In this document: piece after piece, positions 1 to 8,078 of the stretch
Layout: the number at the start of each line of letters is the position of its first letter
Numbering within the stretch: the stretch's first letter is position 1
NCBI GenBank assembly: GCA_043732185.1
Contig: JAYTHY010000015.1
Coordinates: 1-15,990 of the forward strand
Reading direction: 5' to 3'
Origin: Fibrobacteria bacterium
GTDB taxonomy: Bacteria > Fibrobacterota > Fibrobacteria > UBA11236
Length of the DNA stretch: 15,990 nt
Program-made: the position numbers and the translations under genes
The notes under the pieces: model-generated
The model's input: the letters and a program-made list of their open reading frames with translations, nothing else
What the model was told of the DNA's origin: nothing
The model's database searches: none

Positions 1-41
1 GCAATAATCAGACCTCATTTGGTCATCCAGTAATCTAGCCC

Positions 42-821
42 TTGATCTCAAGGTGGCTTGCCTCCCCCCTCAAAGTGATGTATTCACCGAACGCTTACAG
101 TTCAACTGCATCCGGTGCTCCTATTCCCCTGCCTTGTTGGGCTTATTTAGCCAAATATTATGGTGTCATAGCTATTGCGATAAAAATGGACACTGCCTAT
201 GGGAAAAAGAATGCGTCACCTAAAACCGATACTGCCTTGGGTCAGCTCTATTTTACTTCGCTTTTGAAGGTGAATCCTAATGCTGAATTGTTCGAACTAG
301 GTGTGCCATTGGGAATTCAAAGTATTTTCGACCAAGTTAAAGAAGACATGGCAATCAACTATTCACCTGATGAGAAATTTACGAGAAGGTTAATTCCTCC
401 TCCGGATTTCAAACCGGCTCCAACAAATCGGGCATTTTTAATGAGAGAGAAATACCATGATCTGCGTAGTTGCCTCTATTTGGCGGCTGACTCGAATTCT
501 CTTGGCTTAATCTTAAAGTCTTTAGTTGGAGAGAAGGATCCTGGATTTTTGTGCATCAGCTCGGAAATTTATATCAGGGTCGGGGCACCATTGTCGAAAG
601 CAAAAAAAATGGTCGAGGAGGCTGAAGAGCACGAGCACGAAAGTGAAATACTTACTCCGGAAAATATTGCTGATTGGACTTTTAGGCTCAGAACGAGAAT
701 TAACAACATGGAGATAAAAACAACGGGTCCTGGCTCAAAGGTTATGCGAACTACTTTTGGAGTCAAGGACGACAAGAAAAAGAAATCTCGCCAATCAAAT
801 ATCGAAAAATCAGGAAAGTAA
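42..821 (+). CDS. Hypothetical protein; start uncertain (TTG 42, ATG 78 or ATG 186)
   Basis: 259-codon ORF with a Lys-rich C-terminus and no recognisable motif. An in-frame TAG at 36-38 closes the frame upstream. Confidence 0.45.
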   Translation: MISRWLASPLKVMYSPNAYSSTASGAPIPLPCWAYLAKYYGVIAIAIKMDTAYGKKNASPKTDTALGQLYFTSLLKVNPNAELFELGVPLGIQSIFDQVKEDMAINYSPDEKFTRRLIPPPDFKPAPTNRAFLMREKYHDLRSCLYLAADSNSLGLILKSLVGEKDPGFLCISSEIYIRVGAPLSKAKKMVEEAEEHEHESEILTPENIADWTFRLRTRINNMEIKTTGPGSKVMRTTFGVKDDKKKKSRQSNIEKSGK

Positions 822-919
822 ATACGCTTTCATTTAGCATCTCATTTCCAACGAGAATGGACTTTAACCTATTCCGTAAACAGCTGTTCCAATTTGTTTA
901 GCCTCTTCCTTTACCCACC

Positions 920-940
920 GGATACCGATTCGCCGCCCCC
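920..940. repeat. 21-bp direct repeat, copy 1
   Basis: GGATACCGATTCGCCGCCCCC, identical to 3241-3261. Confidence 0.9.
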
Positions 941-991
941 GGCCGCTCCTTGTTTTAAGGTTAATTAAAGCAATAAAGGACAGAATGGATC

Positions 992-1020
992 TTGACAATA
1001 CTACATATATGTAGTATATT
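992..1020 (+). promoter_or_regulatory. sigma70-type promoter of hicAB with a palindromic operator
   Basis: TTGACA (992-997), 17-nt spacer, TATATT (1015-1020). A perfect 20-bp palindrome ATACTACATATATGTAGTAT at 998-1017 fills the spacer and overlaps the -10. Confidence 0.85.
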
Positions 1021-1029
1021 CAATTGGCC

Positions 1030-1212
1030 ATGCCATTGAGTGGAAAAGAAATGCTCAAACTCTTCCAAAAAAATGGATGGGAAGCGTTACGACAGGATGG
1101 CAGCCACGTCCGCGTAGGCAAGGGGACCGAGCGGGAAACCATTCCCATGCATCGTGAATTGAAAAAAGGCCTGGAGCATGCCCTGCTGAAACGTCTAAAG
1201 GAGGTTGGATAA
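1030..1212 (+). CDS. hicA: HicA family toxin (mRNA interferase)
   Basis: 60 aa; MPLSGKEMLKLFQKNGW...RQDGSHV...TIPMHRELKKG carries the HicA GSH motif. ATG 1030 is preferred over TTG 1024. Confidence 0.92.
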   Translation: MPLSGKEMLKLFQKNGWEALRQDGSHVRVGKGTERETIPMHRELKKGLEHALLKRLKEVG

Positions 1213-1213
1213 A

Positions 1214-1645
1214 ATGCGCTATCACTTTAAGGTCCACAAGGGAAAAACGGGAGGTTTTTGGGCCGAGAGTTTGGAAGAGGGATTGAACGTACGTTCTCAA
1301 GGTGAAACCGAAGAAGAGCTGCGCCAGAATTTAGGAAAGGCTCTGGATCAAGCGCTGGCTGAACCGGAAGAATCAAAATGGATTCCGCCCATGCCAGATT
1401 CCAGTCTACGCGGCCGCAATGTCATTGCTATTCCTGTCGAACCTAGAATAGCGATTGCCACACTTGTTCATGTGGCAAGGCTTCAGCTGGGATTGACTCA
1501 ACTCCAAGTCGCAACGCGGCTTGGATTCAAGAATGTGATTCAATACCAACGGCTGGAAAAGGGCTCCGCAAATCCAGAGTTATCCACTTTGGCTAAACTC
1601 AGAGGGATATTTCCTGATTTCTCTGTGGATGCCGCAATTACCTAG
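1214..1645 (+). CDS. hicB: HicB family antitoxin with a C-terminal XRE-type HTH
   Basis: N-terminal HicB fold (GGFWAES...SQGETEEELRQNLGKAL) and C-terminal HTH (LTQLQVATRLG...YQRLEKGSANPELSTL). Starts 1 nt after the hicA stop. Confidence 0.9.
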   Translation: MRYHFKVHKGKTGGFWAESLEEGLNVRSQGETEEELRQNLGKALDQALAEPEESKWIPPMPDSSLRGRNVIAIPVEPRIAIATLVHVARLQLGLTQLQVATRLGFKNVIQYQRLEKGSANPELSTLAKLRGIFPDFSVDAAIT

Positions 1646-1646
1646 A

Positions 1647-1766
1647 CTCCGGACCAATGCGCTCTCACCATTCGCAGGAGGTCGATCAGGCAAATCCCAT
1701 TTTTTAAATTTTATGGGTGAAGTACTTAGGGAAACGCAAAAAGATTATTTAAGAATATTTAATTAA
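1647..1766 (+). pseudogene. Possible remnant of a P-loop NTPase (KAP-like) N-terminus
   Basis: Reads LRTNALSPFAGGRSGKSHFLNFMGEVLRETQKDYLRIFN*. It contains [AG]x4GKS followed by xFLNxM and a later FN, as in KAP NTPases. No start codon before the motif. Confidence 0.35.
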
Positions 1767-1869
1767 AGAACCGACCGGACAATAAACCTGGCCTTTTTGG
1801 CAGCTTTTATCTGGTGCAGTTTTCCCGAGCCTGGGCGATTTCAATGGCAAGGGGTCCTGATTTCCACTT
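1763..1869 (-). pseudogene. Collapsed remnant of a second phd/vapC operon
   Basis: 1819-1763 reads LHQIKAAKKARFIVRSVL*, colinear with LHQIKAAKKAGLTVHSIP* at the end of the intact VapC (3331-3275). Just upstream, in another frame, KWKSGPLAIEIAQAREN weakly resembles the antitoxin C-terminus. Confidence 0.75.
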
Positions 1870-1877
1870 GATTTTAC

Positions 1878-1916
1878 ACCATGATATTCCTACACGAAAT
1901 ATCAGAATATCATGGT
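1878..1916. promoter_or_regulatory. Inverted repeat, probable operator of the decayed ATPase gene
   Basis: ACCATGATATTC (1878-1889), 15-nt spacer, GAATATCATGGT (1905-1916). The right arm contains ATG 1912 and TTGATT lies at 1868-1873. Confidence 0.55.
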
Positions 1917-2184
1917 AACTGCGCAAAGTCATGGGTTGATTTGCAAGGCAATCCAAAAGCGGGTGCTTCGTGGGAGGGGTTTGCCTTTGAAGAAGTTATC
2001 AAAGCAGTAAATCCCGATCAGCATTATTTTTGGCGGACTCACAATGGTGCGGAATTGGACCTTTTGATGATTAAAAGACTTGGCACTTCCAAAAATTTGG
2101 GTCGTGCATGCCGGTTCAAAAAGGTTCCCCTTGCATAAAGCAGTTGAAGCTATTCCCCTGGCAGATTTTATCGAAAGAAAATAG
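1912..2184 (+). pseudogene. AAA_14/DUF4143 ATPase remnant 1 (C-terminal pieces only, internally deleted and frameshifted)
   Basis: GNPKAGASWEGFAFEEVI...YFWRTHNGAELDLLMIK in one frame. From 2077 in the next frame it reads DLALPKIWVVHAGSKRFPLHKAVEAIPLADFIERK*, with TAG at 2182-2184. The ATPase domain and the ExK segment are absent. Confidence 0.85.
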
Positions 2185-3237
2185 GGAGGGAAAACCACTT
2201 TGGCCGGAAGCCTTGGCCCCGAGATTCTCTATTTCAATTGCGATTTGCCTGCCGTCGAGGATATGGTTCGGGACCCTCAGCTTTTTTTCCGGTCCTGCGA
2301 CAAACCCGTGGTGGTATTTGATGAGATCCACCAGTTGCGGGACCCGGCGCGCCTTTTGAAAATCGGCGCCGATGGATTCCCAAAGTTGAAAATATTGGCC
2401 ACGGGTTCCTCCACCCTGGCCGCCGGCCGGAAGTTCCGGGACACCTTGACCGGACGAAAACGTATCGTGCATTTGACACCGGTTCTCTGGGAAGAAATAC
2501 CGGCTTTCGGATCGACCTTGCCCCGCCGCCTTTTCCATGGAGGCCTTCCGCCGGCGCTGATGGCCCAGGAAAAAAGGCCGTCCTTCTACCGCGAATGGCT
2601 TGATTCTTTTTTCGCGCGGGATATCCAAAGGCTTTTCGGCTTCCGGGACATCAATCGATTCAATGCATTTTTCGAATACATCCTGCGGCAAAGCGGCGGT
2701 CAGTTCGAAACCACCAAAGCGGCCAAGGCTTTGGAAATCGCCCGGCCCACGGTGGAGAGCCATCTGCGCGCACTGGAAATCACGCATGCGGCCACCTTGG
2801 TCCGGCCATTCCATGCAGGCGGTCGACAGGAACTGGTCAAGCAACCCAAGGTCTATGCCTTCGACACGGGATTCGTGAGCTTCGCACGCGGCTGGGATCC
2901 CTTGCGCCCTGGGGATTTCGGCATCCTTTGGGAACACCTGGTATTGGAACATTTGCAGGCCCACTATCCGGATACGCCCGTGCGATATTGGCGTGACAAG
3001 GGTGGGCGGGAAGTGGATTTCGTCCTGTCACGGGGCCGCGATGAAGTGGATGCCATCGAATGCAAATGGGACGCGGGCTCATTCGATGCCACATCGCTCA
3101 AGGCGTTTCGCGAACTGTATCCCAAAGGGAAAAATTACCTGGTGGTTCCCTCGGAACCGGTCTATCAGAAGCGCTTCGGGACGTTGGAAGTCAAGATATG
3201 CCCACCATCGGAGTTGCCAGGAACTATTCCTGCCTAA
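2185..3237 (+). pseudogene. AAA_14/DUF4143 ATP-binding protein, 5'-truncated within Walker A
   Basis: Walker B VVVFDEIHQL, ATGSS, LTGR, HGGLP, KQPKVYAFDTG and YWRDKGGREVDFV...AIECK are all present. The upstream in-frame sequence is TAG-G-G-K-T-T-L, so only the tail of Walker A survives. ORF 2200-3237 is otherwise uninterrupted. Confidence 0.85.
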
Positions 3238-3240
3238 GGG

Positions 3241-3261
3241 GGATACCGATTCGCCGCCCCC
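3241..3261. repeat. 21-bp direct repeat, copy 2
   Basis: GGATACCGATTCGCCGCCCCC, identical to 920-940. Confidence 0.9.
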
Positions 3262-3274
3262 ACCCGCAAGGAAC

Positions 3275-3691
3275 TTAAGGAATCGAATGGACCGTAAGCC
3301 CTGCCTTTTTTGCTGCCTTGATCTGATGCAGATCGCTGGAGACGAAGAGATCCGCCTTCCACTCTAAAGCGGCTGAGATGTGGAAAGCATCCATGGCCCG
3401 CAAGGTGTTTTCCTCAAGAAGGTGGATAGATTGAAGTACCGTCGTCTCCGTGATATTGCATAGGACCGCATCCCGTAGATCCTGGGCGATACCCTGTTTG
3501 GCGGCTACGTATTGAGATCCGTTGATTTGCTTTTCCCGACGGAGTCGGCAAAGGGCGGAAATGATTTCCGGATAGCAGATCACCGATAATCCCAGCTCAC
3601 TGGCTTCGTCGCACAGCGCCAGGACCGCATCCGTTCCCTTTTCGGGAACATACCTTTTGACCAACGCCGAAGAGTCGAAGAAGACCTTCAC
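3275..3691 (-). CDS. vapC: VapC family PIN-domain toxin
   Basis: VFFDSSALVKRY...PEIISAL...LRAMDAFHISAAL...FVSSDLHQ carries the PIN acidic residues. The GTG start at 3691 overlaps the antitoxin stop (GTGA). Confidence 0.92.
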   Translation of the reverse strand: MKVFFDSSALVKRYVPEKGTDAVLALCDEASELGLSVICYPEIISALCRLRREKQINGSQYVAAKQGIAQDLRDAVLCNITETTVLQSIHLLEENTLRAMDAFHISAALEWKADLFVSSDLHQIKAAKKAGLTVHSIP

Positions 3692-3918
3692 CTTGTCGCG
3701 TCTTTCCGGTTTTGCAGAATGGCCTTGGACAAGGAGACGCCGCTCAACGGGAGCTGGGGCGGCGCCTTTTTCCAAGAAGGCCTATCCTCAACAAAGACAG
3801 GGCTGATGTCAGCCACGGCTTTCCCGTGTCTCAATATTCGGACCACCTCGCCCTTTTCGACCTCATCCAGGAACTTGGCGGCATGTTTCCGGAACTCGGT
3901 AAAGTTGGCTGTTTTCAT
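3688..3918 (-). CDS. Phd/YefM family antitoxin
   Basis: MKTANFTEFRKHAAKFLDEVEKGEVVRILRHGKAVADISP is a Phd N-terminal domain. SD GAGGA lies upstream. Confidence 0.92.
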   Translation of the reverse strand: MKTANFTEFRKHAAKFLDEVEKGEVVRILRHGKAVADISPVFVEDRPSWKKAPPQLPLSGVSLSKAILQNRKDATR

Positions 3919-3927
3919 GGTTTCCTC

Positions 3928-3979
3928 ATCTGTACAGTTATCTGTACTCTAGTGTACATAAAGACGCCGGGTTAGTCAA
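3928..3979 (-). promoter_or_regulatory. Promoter and operator of phd-vapC
   Basis: Minus strand: TTGACT (3979-3974), 17 nt, TACACT (3956-3951). TGTACA or TGTACT boxes at 3931, 3943 and 3953. TGTACA is the core bound by YefM- and Axe-type antitoxins. Confidence 0.8.
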
Positions 3980-4113
3980 ACAACTCTGCGAAGCGGCAGG
4001 AGATACCATGGGATTATTTGAATACTCGCGCGAAGGCTGACAAGAAGGCACCGCGAACTTGAAATTCAGGATTTATCCTTGGATAACAAAATATACGCTT
4101 TAAATTTACCTGA

Positions 4114-4209
4114 ATGATAACTCGAACCATCCTATACGAGATGAAGCATTCACTTTCCCCGAAAACAACCAAAGGTCTCCGCTCTGCGATGGAGGATTTA
4201 GCTGTCTGA
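4114..4209 (+). pseudogene. Short fragment of a DUF4143-ATPase C-terminal (ExK) segment
   Basis: Reads MITRTILYEMKHSLSPKTTKGLRSAMEDLAV*, resembling the family's ExKxSxxPKxxKGxxxAxxDL motif as I recall it. Confidence 0.55.
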
Positions 4210-4248
4210 ATTCTCAAACGGGTCGAAGAAAAAACATAGGAAATTCAA

Positions 4249-6405
4249 CTATTCTCGGAAGGTTAATTTAAACGTAGACCCATTTCCTGGAGCGGATTCA
4301 ACTGTCAAGACTCCTCCATATTTCTTCACGATTTCCGTGGCGATGGTCAATCCAAGTCCAGTGCCTTTGCCTGGAGGTTTTGTGGTGTAGAAGGGATTAA
4401 AAATTTTACTGAGGAGGTCTTCCGAGATACCTGGTCCGTAATCCTTGAATGAGAGCACAATATCTCCAAGCACTCTTTTGCCGGTGATTTCAACCTTACC
4501 CTTTTGTTCCATGGCATCAATGGCATTATTGATAATGGCCAAAAAGGCTTGCTCCATCTCATTCTTGTTCACTGTCCAAGTCAAACTATCCGGAATTTCC
4601 ACGGTAATGTGCGTGTCACCGCGTACCTTTTGAGGAATGAGTTCAATAACCTCCGATATCATGGCGGCAAAACTTTCTTGGGCCAGTTTTTCCTTGGCGG
4701 AAGTGCGGGAAAAAACCTTCAAACTGTTTGCGATGCGAGTGCTTTTATCCAAGGCTTTTTGGATTTTTTCAAAAACAAAATCCTTTTCAGCCAGATGTGA
4801 TTCCAAATCGTATTTCTCATCGACCTGCTTAATCAGCTCCGCAATTTCTCCGGACAAGCCACCCTTGGCTGCTAATTCACGAATCCTTTCCAAGCCTTCC
4901 ACATCACGACGGACATCCGGTAGAATATTCACCAAAAAATTTAGTGGGTTGTTGATTTCATGGGCCACTCCTGCGGCCATTTGACCTAAGGATGAAAGTT
5001 TTTCGCTTTGAATCGCCATTTCTTTGGCGGCCATAAGCTGCAATGAAGTCGCTTCCAATTCCTTGGTCCGCTGATCGATTTTTGCTGCCATTTGTTCAAA
5101 AAGGTCCGCCTTAACCAGTGCGTTGGCCACTGAATTGGAGATGGATTGGAATAGGAGTTTGTCCTGATTTTCGAGCTTTTCGCCATTGTGGTATTCAGCA
5201 GCAAGAATACCGAGCGCATTCCCCTCATGGATTAGCGGCGTAATTATGAAAGATGAAATTTTTAAGGCCTTTAGAAAATCGCGAGTGCCTGCGGACACTC
5301 GTGCATAAAGTTCCTCTGGATCATTAATAATCAGAGTCTTTTTTTGTTCCAAGGTCTGGATTAATAAACCATAAGGGTTATCCCAATTTTCCCCCATTTT
5401 AAACCGGGTATTGGCGATAAAGACACGCAAGTCTTCTGGGTAACCTAATGCACTGTGACATGTAAGGTATTCCTTTTTATCGTCCAGAAGCCAAATTTGA
5501 CTGGATCCAAAATGAAAATCACGCACAAGCATGCGCACAACCTTTTCGCAGAGGTCCGTAACACGCACACTATTGTTAAGGACAATCGTAAGCTCTTGTA
5601 GCGAATGAAACTGCTGGTTGGTATTCTCCAACATGCGGTTCTGCTCTGTAAGCCCTTCATTCGATAGCAATGTCCATTCAAGCGACCTGGCTGCTTGTTG
5701 GTGTTTGTATACAGCATATGAACCAATCGCAAAGAACTGGCCTAGGACTGAAATCCAAATCAACCATTGGGGATAATTACCATACCAGGCAAATATGCCT
5801 AAGGCTGAAAAAAGGATGCATAAAATAAAGGCTGATTTTTTTAGGAAAAGGAATCCATATTCCGGAATAGTGACGATATATTCGCAACGTTCTCCGCCGG
5901 TAAATAAACATTGAGGATGCTCCACCTTGGAAAAAGGAAGTCCAAAAAATCGTGAAAAGGCTTCATAGCTTCCAATTCGGTTCTGACACGCGAAAATATT
6001 TTCCTGAAAACCATCCTTGAAAGAAACCTTGACTCGGTATTTGTTCTTCCCAATGGCTTCGCTTTTAACAATGGTCTTCAATGCGACCTTGCCCTCGATT
6101 TGACCCATGAGCTTCATGCAAAGGGCGGGAGAGGTCAATCCAAGCAACAATCCCCCCACCCTACCTAAGCTGTCCACAATCGCTTTCCCTGACTGGTATG
6201 AAATCGCTGGATTTCCGGTTAATCGAACGGCAGTTTCAATCAATTTTTTTCCAAATTCATCCGCCTGAAATCCACCTGAATCGGTAACGGCAAGCCTATC
6301 CGCGCCGATGTTCTCAAGCACCTTTTCCGTAAGCGCCTTTCCATAGCGCTTGTCCAAAAATTGAAGAAAGGAGAACCAAATTTTATTCGAATAGATTTTA
6401 TCCAT
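4249..6405 (-). CDS. Sensor histidine kinase: V4R/HNOB-like domain, 2 TM, GAF, HisKA, HATPase_c
   Basis: H-box AGVAHEINNPL, N-box IINNAIDA, G1 DYGPGI, F-box FNPFYTTK, G2 GKGTGLGL. GAF signature SFIITPLIHEGNALGILAA. V4R-type Cys pattern ACQNRIG...VEHPQCLFTGGERCEY. Two hydrophobic helices at about aa 190-232. Confidence 0.95.
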   Translation of the reverse strand: MDKIYSNKIWFSFLQFLDKRYGKALTEKVLENIGADRLAVTDSGGFQADEFGKKLIETAVRLTGNPAISYQSGKAIVDSLGRVGGLLLGLTSPALCMKLMGQIEGKVALKTIVKSEAIGKNKYRVKVSFKDGFQENIFACQNRIGSYEAFSRFFGLPFSKVEHPQCLFTGGERCEYIVTIPEYGFLFLKKSAFILCILFSALGIFAWYGNYPQWLIWISVLGQFFAIGSYAVYKHQQAARSLEWTLLSNEGLTEQNRMLENTNQQFHSLQELTIVLNNSVRVTDLCEKVVRMLVRDFHFGSSQIWLLDDKKEYLTCHSALGYPEDLRVFIANTRFKMGENWDNPYGLLIQTLEQKKTLIINDPEELYARVSAGTRDFLKALKISSFIITPLIHEGNALGILAAEYHNGEKLENQDKLLFQSISNSVANALVKADLFEQMAAKIDQRTKELEATSLQLMAAKEMAIQSEKLSSLGQMAAGVAHEINNPLNFLVNILPDVRRDVEGLERIRELAAKGGLSGEIAELIKQVDEKYDLESHLAEKDFVFEKIQKALDKSTRIANSLKVFSRTSAKEKLAQESFAAMISEVIELIPQKVRGDTHITVEIPDSLTWTVNKNEMEQAFLAIINNAIDAMEQKGKVEITGKRVLGDIVLSFKDYGPGISEDLLSKIFNPFYTTKPPGKGTGLGLTIATEIVKKYGGVLTVESAPGNGSTFKLTFRE

Positions 6406-6459
6406 GGTTATGAAGTTTAGGAAATAAGGGCTTTTGGAGCTATTGATAAAAACCGGTAT

Positions 6460-6489
6460 TTGACTTATTAGGCTTCCATCCTTTAAGAT
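6460..6489 (+). promoter_or_regulatory. Candidate sigma70 promoter for the GNAT-HDO-GNAT operon
   Basis: TTGACT (6460-6465), 18 nt, TAAGAT (6484-6489), within the 131-bp divergent intergenic region. Confidence 0.45.
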
Positions 6490-6536
6490 TTGGTTGAATT
6501 TTTACTTGAACTTGCGCGGAAAGACGAATACGCCAA

Positions 6537-8078
6537 ATGTCTAATGTCGGCCTTTTTCTTAATCCTGCCGGACTTCCACAGGAATGTTGGCGTCCTGCAC
6601 CAAAAGAAAACCATCGGATTTGTGATCGAATGAACGAGCGGGAAATCGAGCGGATTCCCGTATGGATACAAATTCCGGGTAGTGCCGATTGGCAACCCAT
6701 TCGATTGCGCGACTATTCCTTGCTTGGATTTGGAATCTATTTCAACAGCCACCAGGATCGGGCATTTCCAATTTCTATGCATGATTCCGTTTTACTAAAG
6801 TTTTCGAATTCGAGAAATCAAGAATGTACCGTGCCCTGCGTTGTTCAGAATCTAGGCGATGTTTTCGAAGGACACCGACTTGGTTTAAAACGCTTGGACA
6901 TTTCCACTAGCCTTCAGGGTCCATACTATACTTTTCAAAACAAATTTTTCATGAATCAGCCCAAATCATTGCCTAGCCGAATTTTGAATCCATATTTATT
7001 TGATGAATGGGCTATGGCAGAGTGTATCGGAATAGGACCTGAAAATACTTTACTATTCAGTACCACCGATCATGCCCTGCTTCTCCTTCCCGGGCAATCG
7101 CTTAAGATTTCCATGGAGCTAGCCTCCGCTGCAGATGGTTTATTTGATGGAGTCATTCTTTGGTGTATAAAACAACAAGATGAAAGCATTCATTTTTCCG
7201 TAACGCCAAAAAATATGTCATTTGAAATCAACAATGCCCTAGCTGAGCATATCATTCAGAATTGGGGCCGAAAACCGGAAGAACTCAAAACCTGTGGATT
7301 TCAAATTCGACATTTTAAAAACCAATTGGATTTTTCATTTGTCTCCACACAAGAGGAATACAGCCAAGTATTGATGCTCAGAAGGAATGCGTATGTCCAT
7401 GCGGGAAAATGCGAATCAAAAACGGCTCCTGAACATTTAACGTCGCTCCACGATCCTCACTCTAGAATTCTTGCGGCTCTCCACAATAAGGAAATGGTCG
7501 CGAGTTTAACCATGAATTTTGGAAAGAATGGGACATCCCCTTTCAGATCTGAGGGTGAATTTCCTGGAAATAAATACCCTGTTGCCTTACCCCCTAAAGA
7601 AAAAATGATTGAGGTGTATTCCGCATGCACGCACAAGGACTACCGCGGTGGTGACCTTCTCCACGGCATGATAGAACATACTGTAAGAACGCTTTTACTT
7701 TCCGATCGCGACTGGATTATTACCCTGGTCACTGATGAGCTATGGCTTTTATACCAACGGATGGGATGCAAAAAAGTCGGCGCCTCGGTCCAAATCCGTC
7801 ATTTAAACAATATTGAACACCACCTGATCTTGATACACAGAAATGCCGTCTTATACGGTTCCGGCATGAATATTTTGGACTGGAATTATTTTTACGGCGA
7901 TTTGATGAAAGATATGTTAAAAAAACGGATGGTGCTCATCCCACCATGGAGAAAAATTGGCATGCTTGGCTTGATGGCGTTGTCAGCCTTTTCCACCAAG
8001 TGGCTCGCCAGGAAAAGGGAAAAAGAATTTCAGAAGTACCTGCGGAATCTGAATGAAAAGGAACCCCGAGATGAATGA
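6537..8078 (+). CDS. PilZ-PilZ-GNAT protein (FeeM/LuxI-like N-acyltransferase), paralog A
   Basis: PilZ motif RICDR-x27-DYSLLG, followed by a degenerate second beta-barrel. C-terminal GNAT: LRRNAYV...SRILAALHNKEMVASLT...IEVYSACTHKDYRG...LYQRMGCK. Colinear with 8762-10474. Confidence 0.8.
   Translation: MSNVGLFLNPAGLPQECWRPAPKENHRICDRMNEREIERIPVWIQIPGSADWQPIRLRDYSLLGFGIYFNSHQDRAFPISMHDSVLLKFSNSRNQECTVPCVVQNLGDVFEGHRLGLKRLDISTSLQGPYYTFQNKFFMNQPKSLPSRILNPYLFDEWAMAECIGIGPENTLLFSTTDHALLLLPGQSLKISMELASAADGLFDGVILWCIKQQDESIHFSVTPKNMSFEINNALAEHIIQNWGRKPEELKTCGFQIRHFKNQLDFSFVSTQEEYSQVLMLRRNAYVHAGKCESKTAPEHLTSLHDPHSRILAALHNKEMVASLTMNFGKNGTSPFRSEGEFPGNKYPVALPPKEKMIEVYSACTHKDYRGGDLLHGMIEHTVRTLLLSDRDWIITLVTDELWLLYQRMGCKKVGASVQIRHLNNIEHHLILIHRNAVLYGSGMNILDWNYFYGDLMKDMLKKRMVLIPPWRKIGMLGLMALSAFSTKWLARKREKEFQKYLRNLNEKEPRDE

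Noticed and set aside
2116..2964. 282-aa minus-strand ORF, and other nested or antisense ORFs such as 9535-10236 and 9458-9946
   Set aside because: They shadow well-supported genes in GC-rich DNA and carry no motifs.
3692..3775. N-terminal extension of VapC in the ORF track
   Set aside because: It overlaps the antitoxin. The GTG at 3691 gives the canonical PIN start and a GTGA coupling.
3998..4062. SD AGGAG plus a 10-codon ORF (4008-4040); an alternative frame reads WDYLNTRAKADKKA, vaguely antitoxin-like
   Set aside because: Too short to support either reading without a search.
820..4248. Integron cassette array as an explanation for the TA cluster
   Set aside because: No convincing RYYYAAC...GTTRRRY attC hairpins, no integrase, and the genes lie in both orientations.
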